From an uncultured Candidatus Rokubacteria bacterium (GTDB lineage: Bacteria > Methylomirabilota > Methylomirabilia > Rokubacteriales > CSP1-6): a stretch of 64,000 nucleotides of DNA. The notes under the pieces were generated by a model. It saw nothing but the letters and a program-made list of their open reading frames with translations, was not told the DNA's origin and made no database searches. Shown here piece after piece: positions 42,859-53,677 of the stretch (the stretch's first letter is position 1; each line of letters opens with the position of its first letter). The stretch covers positions 64,001-128,000 of the forward strand of contig CAWBMV010000022.1 in assembly GCA_963789955.1 (NCBI GenBank), written 5' to 3'. A program made the position numbers and the translations under genes.

Positions 42859-44375
42859 GTGCTGTCGCCGTCCGCGAGATTCTCGGCGCTCGCGCTCCTG
42901 GCGATCGTGGCGCCCGCCACGATCGTCGCGGTCCTCGGCTACGTCTCGATCCGCCAGTGGGAGGCGTCGTCCGAGCTGCTCTACCGAGAGCAGGCGCGCG
43001 ACATGGCGACGATGGCCGCCGAGAAGGTCGAGATGACCTTGCGTCGATCGGAGGACGCCTTCCTCGATCGGGTCCAGGCCGCCCTCCGGTCGGACGCGCC
43101 GCCCCAGCGCGCGGTCGACGACGTGCTCGCCGGCTCGCCGCTGATCCGCCGGCTCTACCTGATCGGCGCGAAGGGCGAGCTGCTCTATCCGCGCGCGTGG
43201 AAAGACGGCGATCAGGCGGTCTTCGGACCGCTCCTGTCGGAGACCGCGGTGCGCCGGCTCGCGCGGGACGGCAAGCGCGAGGTGATCGCGGACAACCAGG
43301 TGTGCCTGGCGCTCCTCACCCGGCGCAGCGGCGAGCCGGTCGTGGCGGCCTTCGTCCGCGACCCCGACACGCTTGCGGCGCGAGATCCTCGAGGCCACGC
43401 TCGGTACGCTCGAGTCGTCGACGATCATCGCCGTGCTCGACCACGAGGGGCGCACGGTCTACAGCCGCGCGCCGATCGGCGACGCCCAGCGCCTGCTCTC
43501 CGTCGGATTTCGCGAAGGGCTACCGGACTGGCGGCTGGCGGTCTACCAGACACCGGCAGGGTCGCCGCGCCAGGCGGTGCGCCGCCAGGTCATGCTCTTC
43601 ACGGCCGCCCTCGGCGTGCTCGTGGCCGTCATCGTGGCGGGGATCGTCATGACGTGGCGGCTGATGCGTCGAGAGACCGAAATGGCCCGGCTCAAATCGG
43701 ATTTCGTCGCCAACGTGTCTCATGATCTGAAGACCCCGCTCTCCGTGATCCGGATGTTCGGGGAGACTCTCGAGATGGGCCGCGTAACCGACGAAGGCCG
43801 CCGCCAGGAATACTACCGGGTCATCACCCGTGAGGGTGAGCGGCTCTCGCGGCTGATCGACAACGTGCTGGATTTCTCGCGGATCGAGGGCGGGCGCCAG
43901 ACGTACGACATGGCGCCGACCCCCGTCGAGCCGCTCATCCGCTCCACGCTCGAGGCGTTCGCGTACCCGCTGGCCCAGCAGGGGTTCAAGGTCGAGGTCA
44001 AGCGTGGCGCCGGACCTCCCCGACGTGACGATGGACGCCGACGCCGTCGGGCAGGCGCTCGCCAACCTGATCGACAACGCGATCAAGTACTCGGCCGACG
44101 ATCGATCGCTGACCGTCGATGCGCGAGTCGCGGATGGCCGACTGGTCGTGGCGGTGAGCGATCGCGGCCTCGGGATCGCGCCCGATGAGCAGGCGAAGAT
44201 CTTCGAGAAATTCTATCGGGTCGGGCGCAGCGATACGCAAGGGCGTCGAGGCAGCGGAGTCGGCCTGGCGCTGGTGCGGCACGTCGCCGAGGCTCATGGA
44301 GGCGACGTCGCGGTCGAGAGCACGCCGGGTGCCGGGAGCCGCTTCGCCCTGCGCCTGCCGCTCGGTGGGGCGTGA
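42859..44375 (+). CDS. membrane sensor histidine kinase; frameshifts ~43375 and ~44003
   Basis: two TMs; FVANVSHDLKTPL, NLIDNAIKYS, D.G.GI, GSGVGL. Confidence 0.88.
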
Positions 44376-45055
44376 TGGCCAAGATCTTGATCGTGGACGA
44401 CGAGCCCGAGATCGTGCGCGGCCTCGAGGACAATCTTCGCTTCGAGGGCTACCAGACCGCGTCGGCCGCCAACGGCGAGGAAGCGCTGTCGCTCGCCCTG
44501 AGCGGCGCCCCCGATCTCGTCCTGCTCGACGTCATGATGCCCCGGATGAGCGGGTGGGACGTGTGTCGCGCGCTGCGGGAGAAAGGTGTCGACGTGCCGA
44601 TCATCATGCTCACTGCGCGGGGAGAGGAAGCCGACCGCGTTCGCGGTCTCGAGCTTGGAGCCGACGACTACGTGGCCAAGCCCTTCTCGCTGCGCGAGCT
44701 CCTGGCCCGGGTCCGCGCGGTGCTGCGCCGGCCGGGTCCGCGGGAGCGATTCGAGGAGTTCGCCTTCGGCGACGTGCGAGTCCGCCCGCGCGCGCGGCAG
44801 GTGTTCAAGGCCGGCCACGAGGTGCGCCTCACGCGCAAGGAGTTCGACCTGCTCGTGTTCCTGATCGCCCATCGCGGCGAGGTGGTCACGCGCGAGCGGC
44901 TGCTGGACGAGGTGTGGGGCTACGAACGGTTCCCGACGACCCGGACGGTCGATACGCACGTTCTTCGGCTCCGCCGAAAGTTCGAGGCCGACGCCGACCG
45001 TCCAGTCTGGATCCTGACCCTTCATGGCCACGGCTACAAGTTCGCGACCGAGTAG
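44375..45055 (+). CDS. OmpR-family response regulator
   Basis: REC + w[39 protein letters not shown]. Confidence 0.93.
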   Translation: MAKILIVDDEPEIVRGLEDNLRFEGYQTASAANGEEALSLALSGAPDLVLLDVMMPRMSGWDVCRALREKGVDVPIIMLTARGEEADRVRGLELGADDYVAKPFSLRELLARVRAVLRRPGPRERFEEFAFGDVRVRPRARQVFKAGHEVRLTRKEFDLLVFLIAHRGEVVTRERLLDEVWGYERFPTTRTVDTHVLRLRRKFEADADRPVWILTLHGHGYKFATE

Positions 45056-45149
45056 TGGCAGTGCGCAGCCGCAGCACGGCGCCGCGCCGCGCGAGGCGCG
45101 CCTGAGAAGAAGCCGCGCGACGTGTGTATATGACGAAAGAGGAGAACCC

Positions 45150-46100
45150 ATGCTGATTCGACGCGCACCGCGGTTCACCGCGAGTGAGATCACCGATCCC
45201 AAGCTCTATCTGAGCCGCCGCGAGCTGATATCCGGCGCCGCCGCGGCTCTCGTGATGGCGCCGGCCCTGAGTGCGGCTGCGCCGCCGGCGCTCCAGGCCC
45301 TGTCCGCGACCCGGAACGCGGCCCTGAGCGTGAACGACACGCCGACGAAGGCCGAGGCGGCGATGACGTACAACAATTTCTACGAATTTGGCGTCAACAA
45401 GGATGATCCCTCACGACTCGCGCATACGTTGCGCACTCGCCCGTGGACGGTTCAGGTCGATGGGTTCGTCAACAAGCCCAAGACGTTCGACATCGACGAG
45501 CTCATGCGGCTGTTTCCGCTCGAGGAGCGGGTGTACTCGCTTCGTTGTGTCGAAGCATGGTCGATGGTGATCCCGTGGATCGGCTTTCCACTCGCGTCCC
45601 TGCTCAAGCGCGTCGAGCCGAACGGGCAGGCGAAGTACGTCGAGTTCACGACCTTGCTCGACCCGAACCAGTTCCCGGGCCAGAAACCCGGGCTCTTCGG
45701 CTCGTCGCTCGACTGGCCCTACGTCGAGGGGCTCCGGCTGGACGAGGCGATGCACCCGCTGACGCTTCTGACGGTGGGCATGTACGGCAAGGTGCTGCCG
45801 AATCAGAACGGCGCGCCGGTGCGGGTGGTGGTGCCGTGGAAGTACGGCTTCAAGAGTGCCAAGTCGATCGTCCGGATCCGGCTGGTCAGCGAGCAACCCA
45901 AGACCGCCTGGGAAAAGGCGGCGTCGCAGGAATACGGCTTCTACTCCAACGTCAATCCCGCCGTCAGCCATCCGCGCTGGAGCCAGGCGGACGAGCGGCG
46001 CATCGGTGAGTTTCGCCGCCGCCCCACACTTCCGTTCAACGGATACGCCGAGCAGGTGGCGTCGCTCTACGCCGGGATGGACCTGAAGAAGAACTACTGA
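45150..46100 (+). CDS. msrP: protein-methionine-sulfoxide reductase catalytic subunit MsrP
   Basis: SEIT..Y.SRRELI Tat signal, [46 protein letters not shown]. Confidence 0.95.
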   Translation: MLIRRAPRFTASEITDPKLYLSRRELISGAAAALVMAPALSAAAPPALQALSATRNAALSVNDTPTKAEAAMTYNNFYEFGVNKDDPSRLAHTLRTRPWTVQVDGFVNKPKTFDIDELMRLFPLEERVYSLRCVEAWSMVIPWIGFPLASLLKRVEPNGQAKYVEFTTLLDPNQFPGQKPGLFGSSLDWPYVEGLRLDEAMHPLTLLTVGMYGKVLPNQNGAPVRVVVPWKYGFKSAKSIVRIRLVSEQPKTAWEKAASQEYGFYSNVNPAVSHPRWSQADERRIGEFRRRPTLPFNGYAEQVASLYAGMDLKKNY

Positions 46101-46110
46101 GCGCACCGCC

Positions 46111-46773
46111 GTGACGCGTCCGGCGCGAATCGCGCTCAAGGTCGCGGTGTGGGGGATCTGCCTCGCGCCGCTCACGCTCCTGGCCTATCGGGCCTGGACC
46201 GACGATCTCGGCGCCAACCCCATCAGCTTCATCACCAATACGCTCGGCGACTGGACGTTGCGGATTCTGCTCGCGTCGCTCGCGATGACGCCGCTCCGCA
46301 TTCTGTTCGGTCTGTCGTGGCCGATCACGCTTCGCCGGCTGCTCGGGCTGTTCGCGTTCGCCTACGTGTGCCTGCACTTCGCGGTGTGGAGCGTGCTCGA
46401 CTTCTTCTTCGACTGGCCGCGGATGTGGGCCGACATCGTCAAGCGTCCGTACATCACGATGGGCATGCTGGCGCTGCTCTCGCTGATCCCGCTCGCCGTG
46501 ACGTCGACGACCGGGATGATCCGACGCCTCGGCGCGCGGAACTGGACGCGCCTGCATCGTCTCGCGTACGTCGCGGCGGTGTGCGCGGTCCTCCACTATC
46601 TGTGGCTCGCGAAGGTCGGCGTGAAGGATCCGTACTGGTACGCGGCCGTGCTCATCCTCCTGCTCGGTGTCCGCGGATGGGAGTGGGGACGGCGGGCGCT
46701 GCGCCGGCGCCGTGACCGCGCCGGAGCGGCTTCCCCGGCCGTGCGTCCACGCGCCGAAAACCCGCTTTCGTGA
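46111..46773 (+). CDS. msrQ: MsrQ heme-binding membrane subunit
   Basis: LGANP, RRLLGLFAF.Y..LH, KRPYIT.G, W.RLHRL.Y, LHY.W. Confidence 0.93.
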   Translation: MTRPARIALKVAVWGICLAPLTLLAYRAWTDDLGANPISFITNTLGDWTLRILLASLAMTPLRILFGLSWPITLRRLLGLFAFAYVCLHFAVWSVLDFFFDWPRMWADIVKRPYITMGMLALLSLIPLAVTSTTGMIRRLGARNWTRLHRLAYVAAVCAVLHYLWLAKVGVKDPYWYAAVLILLLGVRGWEWGRRALRRRRDRAGAASPAVRPRAENPLS

Positions 46774-46804
46774 GCGGCGCCGCCGCCGTAGTATCGGTGG
46801 CACC

Positions 46805-48047
46805 ATGAACTCGACCACCGTCTCCGTCAACGGTCGTGACTATCGCACCCCCCGCCGCCCGGTCGTCGTGGTCTGCATCGATGGGTCCGAGCCGGAATAC
46901 TTCGAGCGCGGGATCGCCGGCAACACCACGCCCGCCGTCGCGCGCTTCCGGAACGAGGGCGTGTACCGGGTGGCCCGATCCGTCGTGCCGAGCTTCACGA
47001 ATCCGAACAACCTGTCCATCGTCACCGGCGCGCTCGCCGGCGGTCCACGGGATCTCCGGCAACTATTTCTACGATCCCGCGACCGGCCAGGAAGTCATGA
47101 TGAACGACCCGAAGTTCTTGCGCTGCGAGACCCTGCTGGCGGCGTTGTCTCGCGCGGGAGCGCGCGTGGCGGTGGTCACCGCCAAGGACAAGCTTCGGCG
47201 CCTCCTCGGTCACGGAATGGACGGGATCTGCTTCTCCTCGGAGAAGGCCGACCAGACGACCAAGGGCGAGCACGGGATCGAGCGGGCCACCGACCTCGTC
47301 AGGATGCCGGTGCCCTCGGTCTACAGCGCAGAGCTGTCGGAGTACGTGCTGGCGGCCGGTCTCGAGCTGCTCGAACGCGAGCGCCCGGACGCGATGTATC
47401 TGTCGCTGACCGACTACGTGCAGCACAAGCACGCGCCGGGCGCGCCGGCCGCCACGGCGTTCTACGCGATGCTCGACCGCTACTTCGACGCGTTCGACCG
47501 CGCCGGCGCGGTGCTCGGGATCACCGCCGATCACGGGATGAACGCCAAGTCCAATTCGGACGGCACGCCGAGGGTGGTCTACCTGCGTCCGCTGCTCGAC
47601 GAGCTCGTCGGCGCCGGGCGCGCGCGCGTGATCTTGCCGATCACGGATCCCTACGTCGTGCATCACGGGGCGCTCGGCTCGTTCGCGACGATCTACTTCG
47701 ACGACGCGCCGCGGGCCAAGACGGTGGCGGCGCGCCTTGCCGCGACGCCCGGCATCGCCGAGGTCTACGACAACGCGACGGGCTGCGCGCGGTTCGAGCT
47801 CCCGCGCGATCGGGTCGGCGATCTGATCGTCATCGGCGACATCCACACGGTGCTCGGGAAATCGCCCGAGGAGCACGATCTCTCGTTGCTCGAGGAGCCG
47901 CTCCGCTCGCACGGCGGGGTGTCGGAGCAGATGGTGCCCTTCGTCATCAATCGACCGCTCGACGAGGCGAGCGCGCGGCGACTGGCCGGAGCCCGCGATC
48001 TGCGAAACTTCGACGTGTTCGACTACGTCCTCAACGGGGTGAGCTGA
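46805..48047 (+). CDS. phnA: phosphonoacetate hydrolase; frameshift ~47035
   Basis: VVCIDG, PSFTNPNNLSIVTG, TDYVQHK, TADHGM, PITDPYVVHHG.LG, LRSHGG, LRNFD. Confidence 0.92.
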
Positions 48048-48089
48048 TCGGGCGGTGGCGCTCGGCGGGCCTCCGAGCGCGTTCGGCGG

Positions 48090-48281
48090 CTACTCGGTTC
48101 GCTGCGCGCGCGCTTCCTCGGCGGCCTTGATCTCGTCGGCGAACATCGCGGTCGTCAGCGGGCAGGGAGGCTTGTTCTCGTCGACGTACTGGCAATCGGT
48201 CTGGTTGCACTGCACGAAGTAGCCTTGAGGCCGTCCGAATCCGCCCGGCCGACGCAGTCGGATCTCAACACTCTCGGACAC
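48090..48281 (-). CDS. small Cys-containing hypothetical protein
   Basis: GYFVQCNQTDCQYVDENKPPCPL; non-shadow composition. Confidence 0.6.
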   Translation of the reverse strand: MSESVEIRLRRPGGFGRPQGYFVQCNQTDCQYVDENKPPCPLTTAMFADEIKAAEEARAQRTE

Positions 48282-48545
48282 GACGCCACACCAGTACTCG
48301 CGCGCTCGGCTTCGGCTCACGTCATCTCCTCAGCGCGACCAGACTTGCGTCGCACTCGATTACTAGGGGGCTCGTTCACCATACGACAGGAGCCGCGTCC
48401 ACACAACATGTCCGTGAGTTTTTCCTCTGCGCCGGCCGCGAATTGTGTCGAACGAAGGTCGCGATTCAGCTATAAAGGACGTGACTCGCAAGCGTACCGA
48501 TATCGCCCAAATAACCGCGACGTTCGAAGAGGAGGGTGCGTCGTT

Positions 48546-49487
48546 TTGCTTCGGGTTCTGACCGGCCGGCTCGGCTCCGCCGCGGCCCCGCTGGCCGTAG
48601 CGATCGCGATGGTGGCGTTCAGTGGTTGCGGCAGCGTATCGAGCGCGGTCAAGCCCGAGTCGTCGCTCCTCGCCGGTGCGCAGCCTCCGAGCGCGAGCAC
48701 CCCGCCGTCCGACTCCGGCCCACTATCGAGCGCTTCCAGCGAGCCAGTCCCGACAGTCGCCGAATCGCCGGCCATCGAGCCGGGCGCGGGCGAGAACGGA
48801 GACGGCGCGGCCGAGGTCAAGGTCGCTCAGGCGGAGACGCCTCAAGACAAGGGCCAGCCCGGGGAGCCGCCGGCCGATGACGAGGACTACGATCCCTGGG
48901 AGAAGTTCAACGAGAAGATGTTCGAGTTCAACCGGCAGGCCGATCGGTTCGTGCTGAAGCCGGTCGCGAAGGTCTACAGCGTGATTCTGCCCGAGCCGTT
49001 CGAGGTGATGATCGGCAACGGCTTCGACAACATCGGCCTTCGTGCCGCGGATGGTCAACAGCCTGCTCCAGGGGAAGTTCGTCGGCGCCAGCCGCGAGGT
49101 GTCCCGCTTTCTGATCAACAGCACGCTCGGCATCGGTGGGCTGTTCGACGCGGCGAAGTACTACGGGATCGAGAAGAGCCGCGAGGACTTCGGGCAGACG
49201 CTCGGGTTCTGGGGGGTGACCCCGGGCCCGTACCTCATCGTGCCCTTCCTGGAGCCGATGACGGTTCGTGACGGGATCGGCCGGGGCGTGGATAGCTTGA
49301 TGAATCCGTTCTCGTACTTCACTTTCCGTTCATCTGGACCGGCGTTGCCCTCAAGCTCGGCGAGATCGTCAACGATCGTGCCTTGAATCTCGACTTGTTC
49401 CAGGGATTCGAGGAGAGCGTGGTCGACCTGTACAGCGCCGTCCGACACGGCTATCTCCGACGTCGGGAGCAGCTGATCAAGGAGTAA
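48546..49487 (+). CDS. mlaA: MlaA/VacJ lipoprotein; frameshifts ~49038 and ~49325
   Basis: lipobox FSGC; DPWEKFNEKMFEFN, RFLINSTLGIGGLFD, EDFGQTLG..G..GPYL. Confidence 0.88.
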
Positions 49488-49488
49488 C

Positions 49489-50424
49489 GTGAGGGGGCGC
49501 ATCATCCTCCTCGGGGTCCTCACCGCGGCCGCCGCGTTCGGCTGCCTCGTCTGGCTCGCCCTGATTCCGGGCGCTCGGCCCGCTCGTGCCAGCGCCGACA
49601 GCGGTGACGTCAGGGCAGGTCGAGAGGTGTACGTGCGCTACTGCGCGACCTGCCACGGCGATGCCGGACGTGGCGACGGCGCATCGGCCGCCTCGTTCGC
49701 CACCAAGCCCGCTGACCTGACCGACGGCCGTCTGATGAACGGACTCCCCGACGAGTTTTTGTACAACGTCATCATGCATGGCGGACCGGCCGAGGGACTG
49801 TCGCCGGGCATGCCGCCGCTGTCCGCATACTTGAGCGACGCCGAAACGCGCCGGGTGATCCAGTACCTTCGCACGATCGCCTCGCCGTCCTTCCGCGCCG
49901 AGATGGCGAAGCCGCTCGTGTCGCCCCCGCGCGCGCCGCGACAGCCGATCTTCTTCAATCACGTGATTCACGCCGGCTCCTTCCAGATCCCGTGCCAGTA
50001 CTGCCACGCCGACGCCCGCCGATCGGAGTACGCAGGGCTTCCGTCGGTCGAGCGCTGCCTGGGTTGCCACAAGATCATCGGCGCCCAGGACAATCCCGAG
50101 ATCGCGAAGATCCACGACTACGCCAAGCGCGGCCAGCCGATCCCCTGGGTGCGGATCTTCAAGCTCCCGGAGTTCACCTTCTTCCCGCATCGAGCTCACG
50201 TGCGCTTCGGGCTCGAGTGTCAGACGTGCCACGGCCCGATCGAGCGAATGCGGGTGGTCGGCGCGGACACGGGACCGAAGCTGAGTGACGACCTGGTCCG
50301 GCTCGTCGGCTTCCGCCCGCCTCCCAGAGCCTTGACGATGGGGTGGTGCGTCGAGTGCCATCGTGAGCAGAACGCGACACGAGGAAGCAAGGCACCTCTC
50401 GACTGCGTCACCTGCCATCACTGA
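49489..50424 (+). CDS. hexaheme c-type cytochrome: class I monoheme + ActA-like pentaheme
   Basis: six CxxCH (CATCH, CQYCH, CLGCH, CQTCH, CVECH, CVTCH); QPIFFNH..H, PIPWVRI, LTMGWC. Confidence 0.88.
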   Translation: MRGRIILLGVLTAAAAFGCLVWLALIPGARPARASADSGDVRAGREVYVRYCATCHGDAGRGDGASAASFATKPADLTDGRLMNGLPDEFLYNVIMHGGPAEGLSPGMPPLSAYLSDAETRRVIQYLRTIASPSFRAEMAKPLVSPPRAPRQPIFFNHVIHAGSFQIPCQYCHADARRSEYAGLPSVERCLGCHKIIGAQDNPEIAKIHDYAKRGQPIPWVRIFKLPEFTFFPHRAHVRFGLECQTCHGPIERMRVVGADTGPKLSDDLVRLVGFRPPPRALTMGWCVECHREQNATRGSKAPLDCVTCHH

Positions 50425-50579
50425 TCGGTTCTCGCTCCGAAATTATCCGGAAAGGCGCATCACGAAGTACCCGCTCGGACTACCCCGTCCATAGGGGCAT
50501 GGCGCTTTCTGGCTACCGCGAATAGGACCGTGGGCGGTGGTAAGAAATTGGGCGAGGGCTGCTCTAGTTCCGCTATTTT

Positions 50580-51935
50580 ATGACTATGGACAATATCCTG
50601 GTCGTCGACGACGAACGGAACATCCGCACGCTCTGTTCGCGGGTGTTGGCCGGGGACCAGATCGAAGTCCACGGGGTTGGTACCGGCAAAGAGGGGCTCC
50701 AGACGGCCGACGAGGTGAGCCCCGACCTGGTTCTCCTCGATCTCCGCCTTCCGGACATGGACGGCATCGACGTTCTTCGCGCCCTCAAGGGCCGCCACCC
50801 CGAGACCGCGGTCATCATCATCACGGGCTTCGGGCAGATCCAGAGCGCGGTCGAGGCGATGAAGGCCGGCGCCACCGACTATCTCGAGAAGCCGTTCGAG
50901 CACCTCGACAAGCTCAAGCTCGCGGTCGCGCGCTCGCTCGAGGAGGTGCGCGCCCGCCGCGAGATCCAGCGTCTTCATCGCCTGCAGGAGAAGGAATACC
51001 GAGTCGATCAGCTCATCGGCGAGTCGGAGGGAACGCGCCGGCTCCGCGAGCTCATCGGTAAGCTCGCGCGGAGCGAGGCGGCGACGATCCTGATCCACGG
51101 CGAGAGCGGAACCGGCAAGGAGCTCGTCGCGCGCGGCCTGCACTACGAGAGCGCGCGGCGCGACTCGCCCTTCATGGAGGTCAACTGCGCGGCCATCACC
51201 GAGACCCTGTTCGAGAGCGAGCTGTTCGGGCACGAGAAGGGGGCCTTCACTGACGCCAAGGCCGCGAAGAAGGGCCTGATGGAGCTGGCCGACCGCGGCA
51301 CGCTGTTCCTCGACGAGGTGAGCGAGATGTCGCTCAACAGCCAGGCGAAGTTCCTCCGGGTCCTCCAGGAACGCGTCCTCAGGCGAGTGGGCGGGACGCG
51401 GGACATCAAGGTAGATCTGAGAATCATCGCCGCGACCAACCGGCCGCTCGAGATGCGCGTGAAGGACGGACTGTTCCGCGAGGACCTCTTCTATCGGCTC
51501 AACGTGATTCCGATTCACATCCCTCCGCTGCGCGAGCGCCGCGACGACATCATGCCGCTGGCTCGACATTTCGTCATGGACGCGAACACGCGCTTCCACA
51601 AATCCATCAAGGGGTTCACGCCGGACGCGGAGCGGCTGATGGTGGGCTACCAGTGGCCGGGCAACGTCCGCGAGGTCCGGAATCTGATCGAGCGTCTCGT
51701 GATCCTGGGCAGCTCCGAGCTCATCGAGCCGCAGCACCTGCCGGTGCAGTTCGCGACCCAGATCCGTCAGGCCGTCGTTCCGGAAGCGTCGACGGACGAG
51801 CCGCGAACGTTGGCCGAAGTGGAGCGCGCCTACATCGCGCAGATCATGCAGCGCGTGGAATCGAACAAGAGCAAGGCCGCCAAGATTCTCGGCATCTCGC
51901 GCCAGACGCTTCGCAAGAAGCTCATGGAAGTGTGA
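50580..51935 (+). CDS. NtrC-family sigma54-dependent response regulator
   Basis: [24 protein letters not shown], Fis HTH. Confidence 0.95.
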   Translation: MTMDNILVVDDERNIRTLCSRVLAGDQIEVHGVGTGKEGLQTADEVSPDLVLLDLRLPDMDGIDVLRALKGRHPETAVIIITGFGQIQSAVEAMKAGATDYLEKPFEHLDKLKLAVARSLEEVRARREIQRLHRLQEKEYRVDQLIGESEGTRRLRELIGKLARSEAATILIHGESGTGKELVARGLHYESARRDSPFMEVNCAAITETLFESELFGHEKGAFTDAKAAKKGLMELADRGTLFLDEVSEMSLNSQAKFLRVLQERVLRRVGGTRDIKVDLRIIAATNRPLEMRVKDGLFREDLFYRLNVIPIHIPPLRERRDDIMPLARHFVMDANTRFHKSIKGFTPDAERLMVGYQWPGNVREVRNLIERLVILGSSELIEPQHLPVQFATQIRQAVVPEASTDEPRTLAEVERAYIAQIMQRVESNKSKAAKILGISRQTLRKKLMEV

Positions 51936-52143
51936 CGGGTCGATCAGTCCATCGCCACTGGTGAGTTCGGGGCCACTCCGGACTCAGAGGATCCGGATAA
52001 GCGCAAGTAGTTGAAATTAAATTCTTTCCGGAATGGGGGTCGCCCGGCTCTGTGAAATCTTGGCAACTAATCAGCCATTGAAGGGCGACGCCGGAAATCC
52101 CAAATTGATTGACTTTATGACTACTTACAAGCGAGCGGACCCT

Positions 52144-52159
52144 TGGTCTCCCATTTGCT
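52144..52159 (+). promoter_or_regulatory. sigma54 -24/-12 promoter
   Basis: TGGTCTCCCATTTGCT (GG-N10-GC), 46 nt before ATG 52206, in an AT-rich intergenic region. Confidence 0.65.
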
Positions 52160-52205
52160 ACTTCTTCGTGCGAGCCTCGCACGAAAACGGCCAGGGGAGA
52201 GTGGA

Positions 52206-53666
52206 ATGAGACCGACGTTCAGGAAGCTGGAAGTCAAGGACATCGGCAACTTGGAGCGGCTGGTCGCCGACAACATCGACGGCGTCGAGCCGGGCCTGAA
52301 GGTCGTTGATTCGCGGCTGCTCCTCGGTCAGGCCGCGATCGACCTCGTGGGTCTCGACTCCAAAGACTCCCTCGTGCTGATCGCCCTCGACTTCAGCGCC
52401 GACGACGGACTCCTGCTCCGCGTGATGGACGCCTACTCCTGGTGTCTCGAGTACCCGGACACGCTCCGCCGTCTCTACCCGATGGCGCAGGCAACGTCCC
52501 GGCCGCCGCGCATTCTGTTCGTCGTCGAGAAGATGACGGATGCGTTCCTCCGCCGGGTCAAGCAGCTCAGCTTCCTCGAGATCGATTGCTTCGAGTTCCG
52601 CTACCTGGAAGTCAACGGCGCCTCCGTCGTCTATTTCGATCTCGTCGAGCGCCTGCGCAAGTCGGTCGTGGATGCGCCGAGCGAGGTCGCGGCACCCGCG
52701 GCCGCCCGGCCGGCCCCGGTCGTCCCGTCTCCGGTCGAGCCGCGCGTTGAACATCGAGTCGAGCCGCGGTCGAGCCGCGAATCGAACAGCGAATCGAGCC
52801 GCGCGTGGAGTCTCCAGTCGAGCCGGCGAAGCCCGCTCTCGCGTGGGCGACGCGCGTGGAGTCGCGCGAGCCGGTGAGCGAGCCCAAGCGGGTCGAGCCG
52901 CTCAAGGCCGTCGTCGCGGAGCCGATTCGCTTCGAGCCCACCGCGGTCGTCGCCGCCGAGCCCGAGCCCGTTGCGCCGGTCGTCGCGGTCCCGAGCGCGC
53001 CCGCGCCGGTGGAGCCGGAGCCGAGCGTGGTCGCCGAGGTTCAGGTTCCGCCGAGCGTGAACCTACGTCCGCGACGCGGCGGTCGTGCCGCCCGTACCCG
53101 CGAGCGTACCGCCGGCGTCCGTGATCGTCACGGTGGCGCCCGAGCCGATCGTGACGATGCCGGTCGAGCCCGCGCTCGCGCTCGAGGCCATCGAGACGAC
53201 GTCCACGCGCGCTCACACGAATGGACATGTCGCCGAGCCCGACGCGGTCGTCGCGCCGGTCATCGAGACTGCCCTGCGCGTCACGGCCCCGGTTGACGAG
53301 CCGATTATCGTCGCGCCCGCGGCTCCTGTCCCGGCAGCGCCAGAGGCGGCTCCCGCTTTCGTGGTGCCGGTGGAACCCGTTCCGGCCCCCGTGCAGGCTC
53401 CGCCGGTCTGGGCCAAGCCCGGATCGCAACCGAATGGGACCAAGCCTCACTTCTTCGCGCACGCGACGAAGGGCACCACTCCGGTCGAAGCTCCGGCCAT
53501 GGTCGCCGCGGTGGCGGCGCCTGCTGAGCCGGCCACGCCACCAGCCGCGAGCAAGGTTGGACTCGAAGTCGACGACCGTCCGGAGCTCGAATCGCTGAGC
53601 TTCCCGAAGGACGGGCTGTCTCGCCAGTGGCTAGAGTTCCTCAGTCAGCTCGGCGCGACAAAGTAA
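52206..53666 (+). CDS. hypothetical protein: degenerate NucS/PD-(D/E)xK-like N-domain, long Pro/Ala/Val/Glu linker, short C-terminal helix; frameshifts ~52770 and ~53065
   Basis: GGGGAGAG SD; LERLVADNIDGVEPGLKVVD..IDLVGLD...LVLIAL; three consecutive frames share composition. Confidence 0.7.
52734..52828 (+). repeat. degenerate 12-nt tandem repeat (VEPR-like x8)
   Basis: gtcgagccgcgc/gttgaacatcga/gtcgagccgcg/gtcgagccgcga/atcgaacagcga/atcgagccgcgc... Confidence 0.7.
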
Positions 53667-53677
53667 CAGGAGTCCTT

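Noticed and set aside
16500..49400. Scattered single frameshifts as programmed frameshifting or pseudogenes
   Set aside because: No consistent slippery motifs, and the genes are otherwise intact; typical long-read indels
52041..52055. Second GG-N10-GC site (TGGCAACTAATCAGC)
   Set aside because: Lacks the TT of the -12 box; the 52144 site fits better and matches the 63256 site
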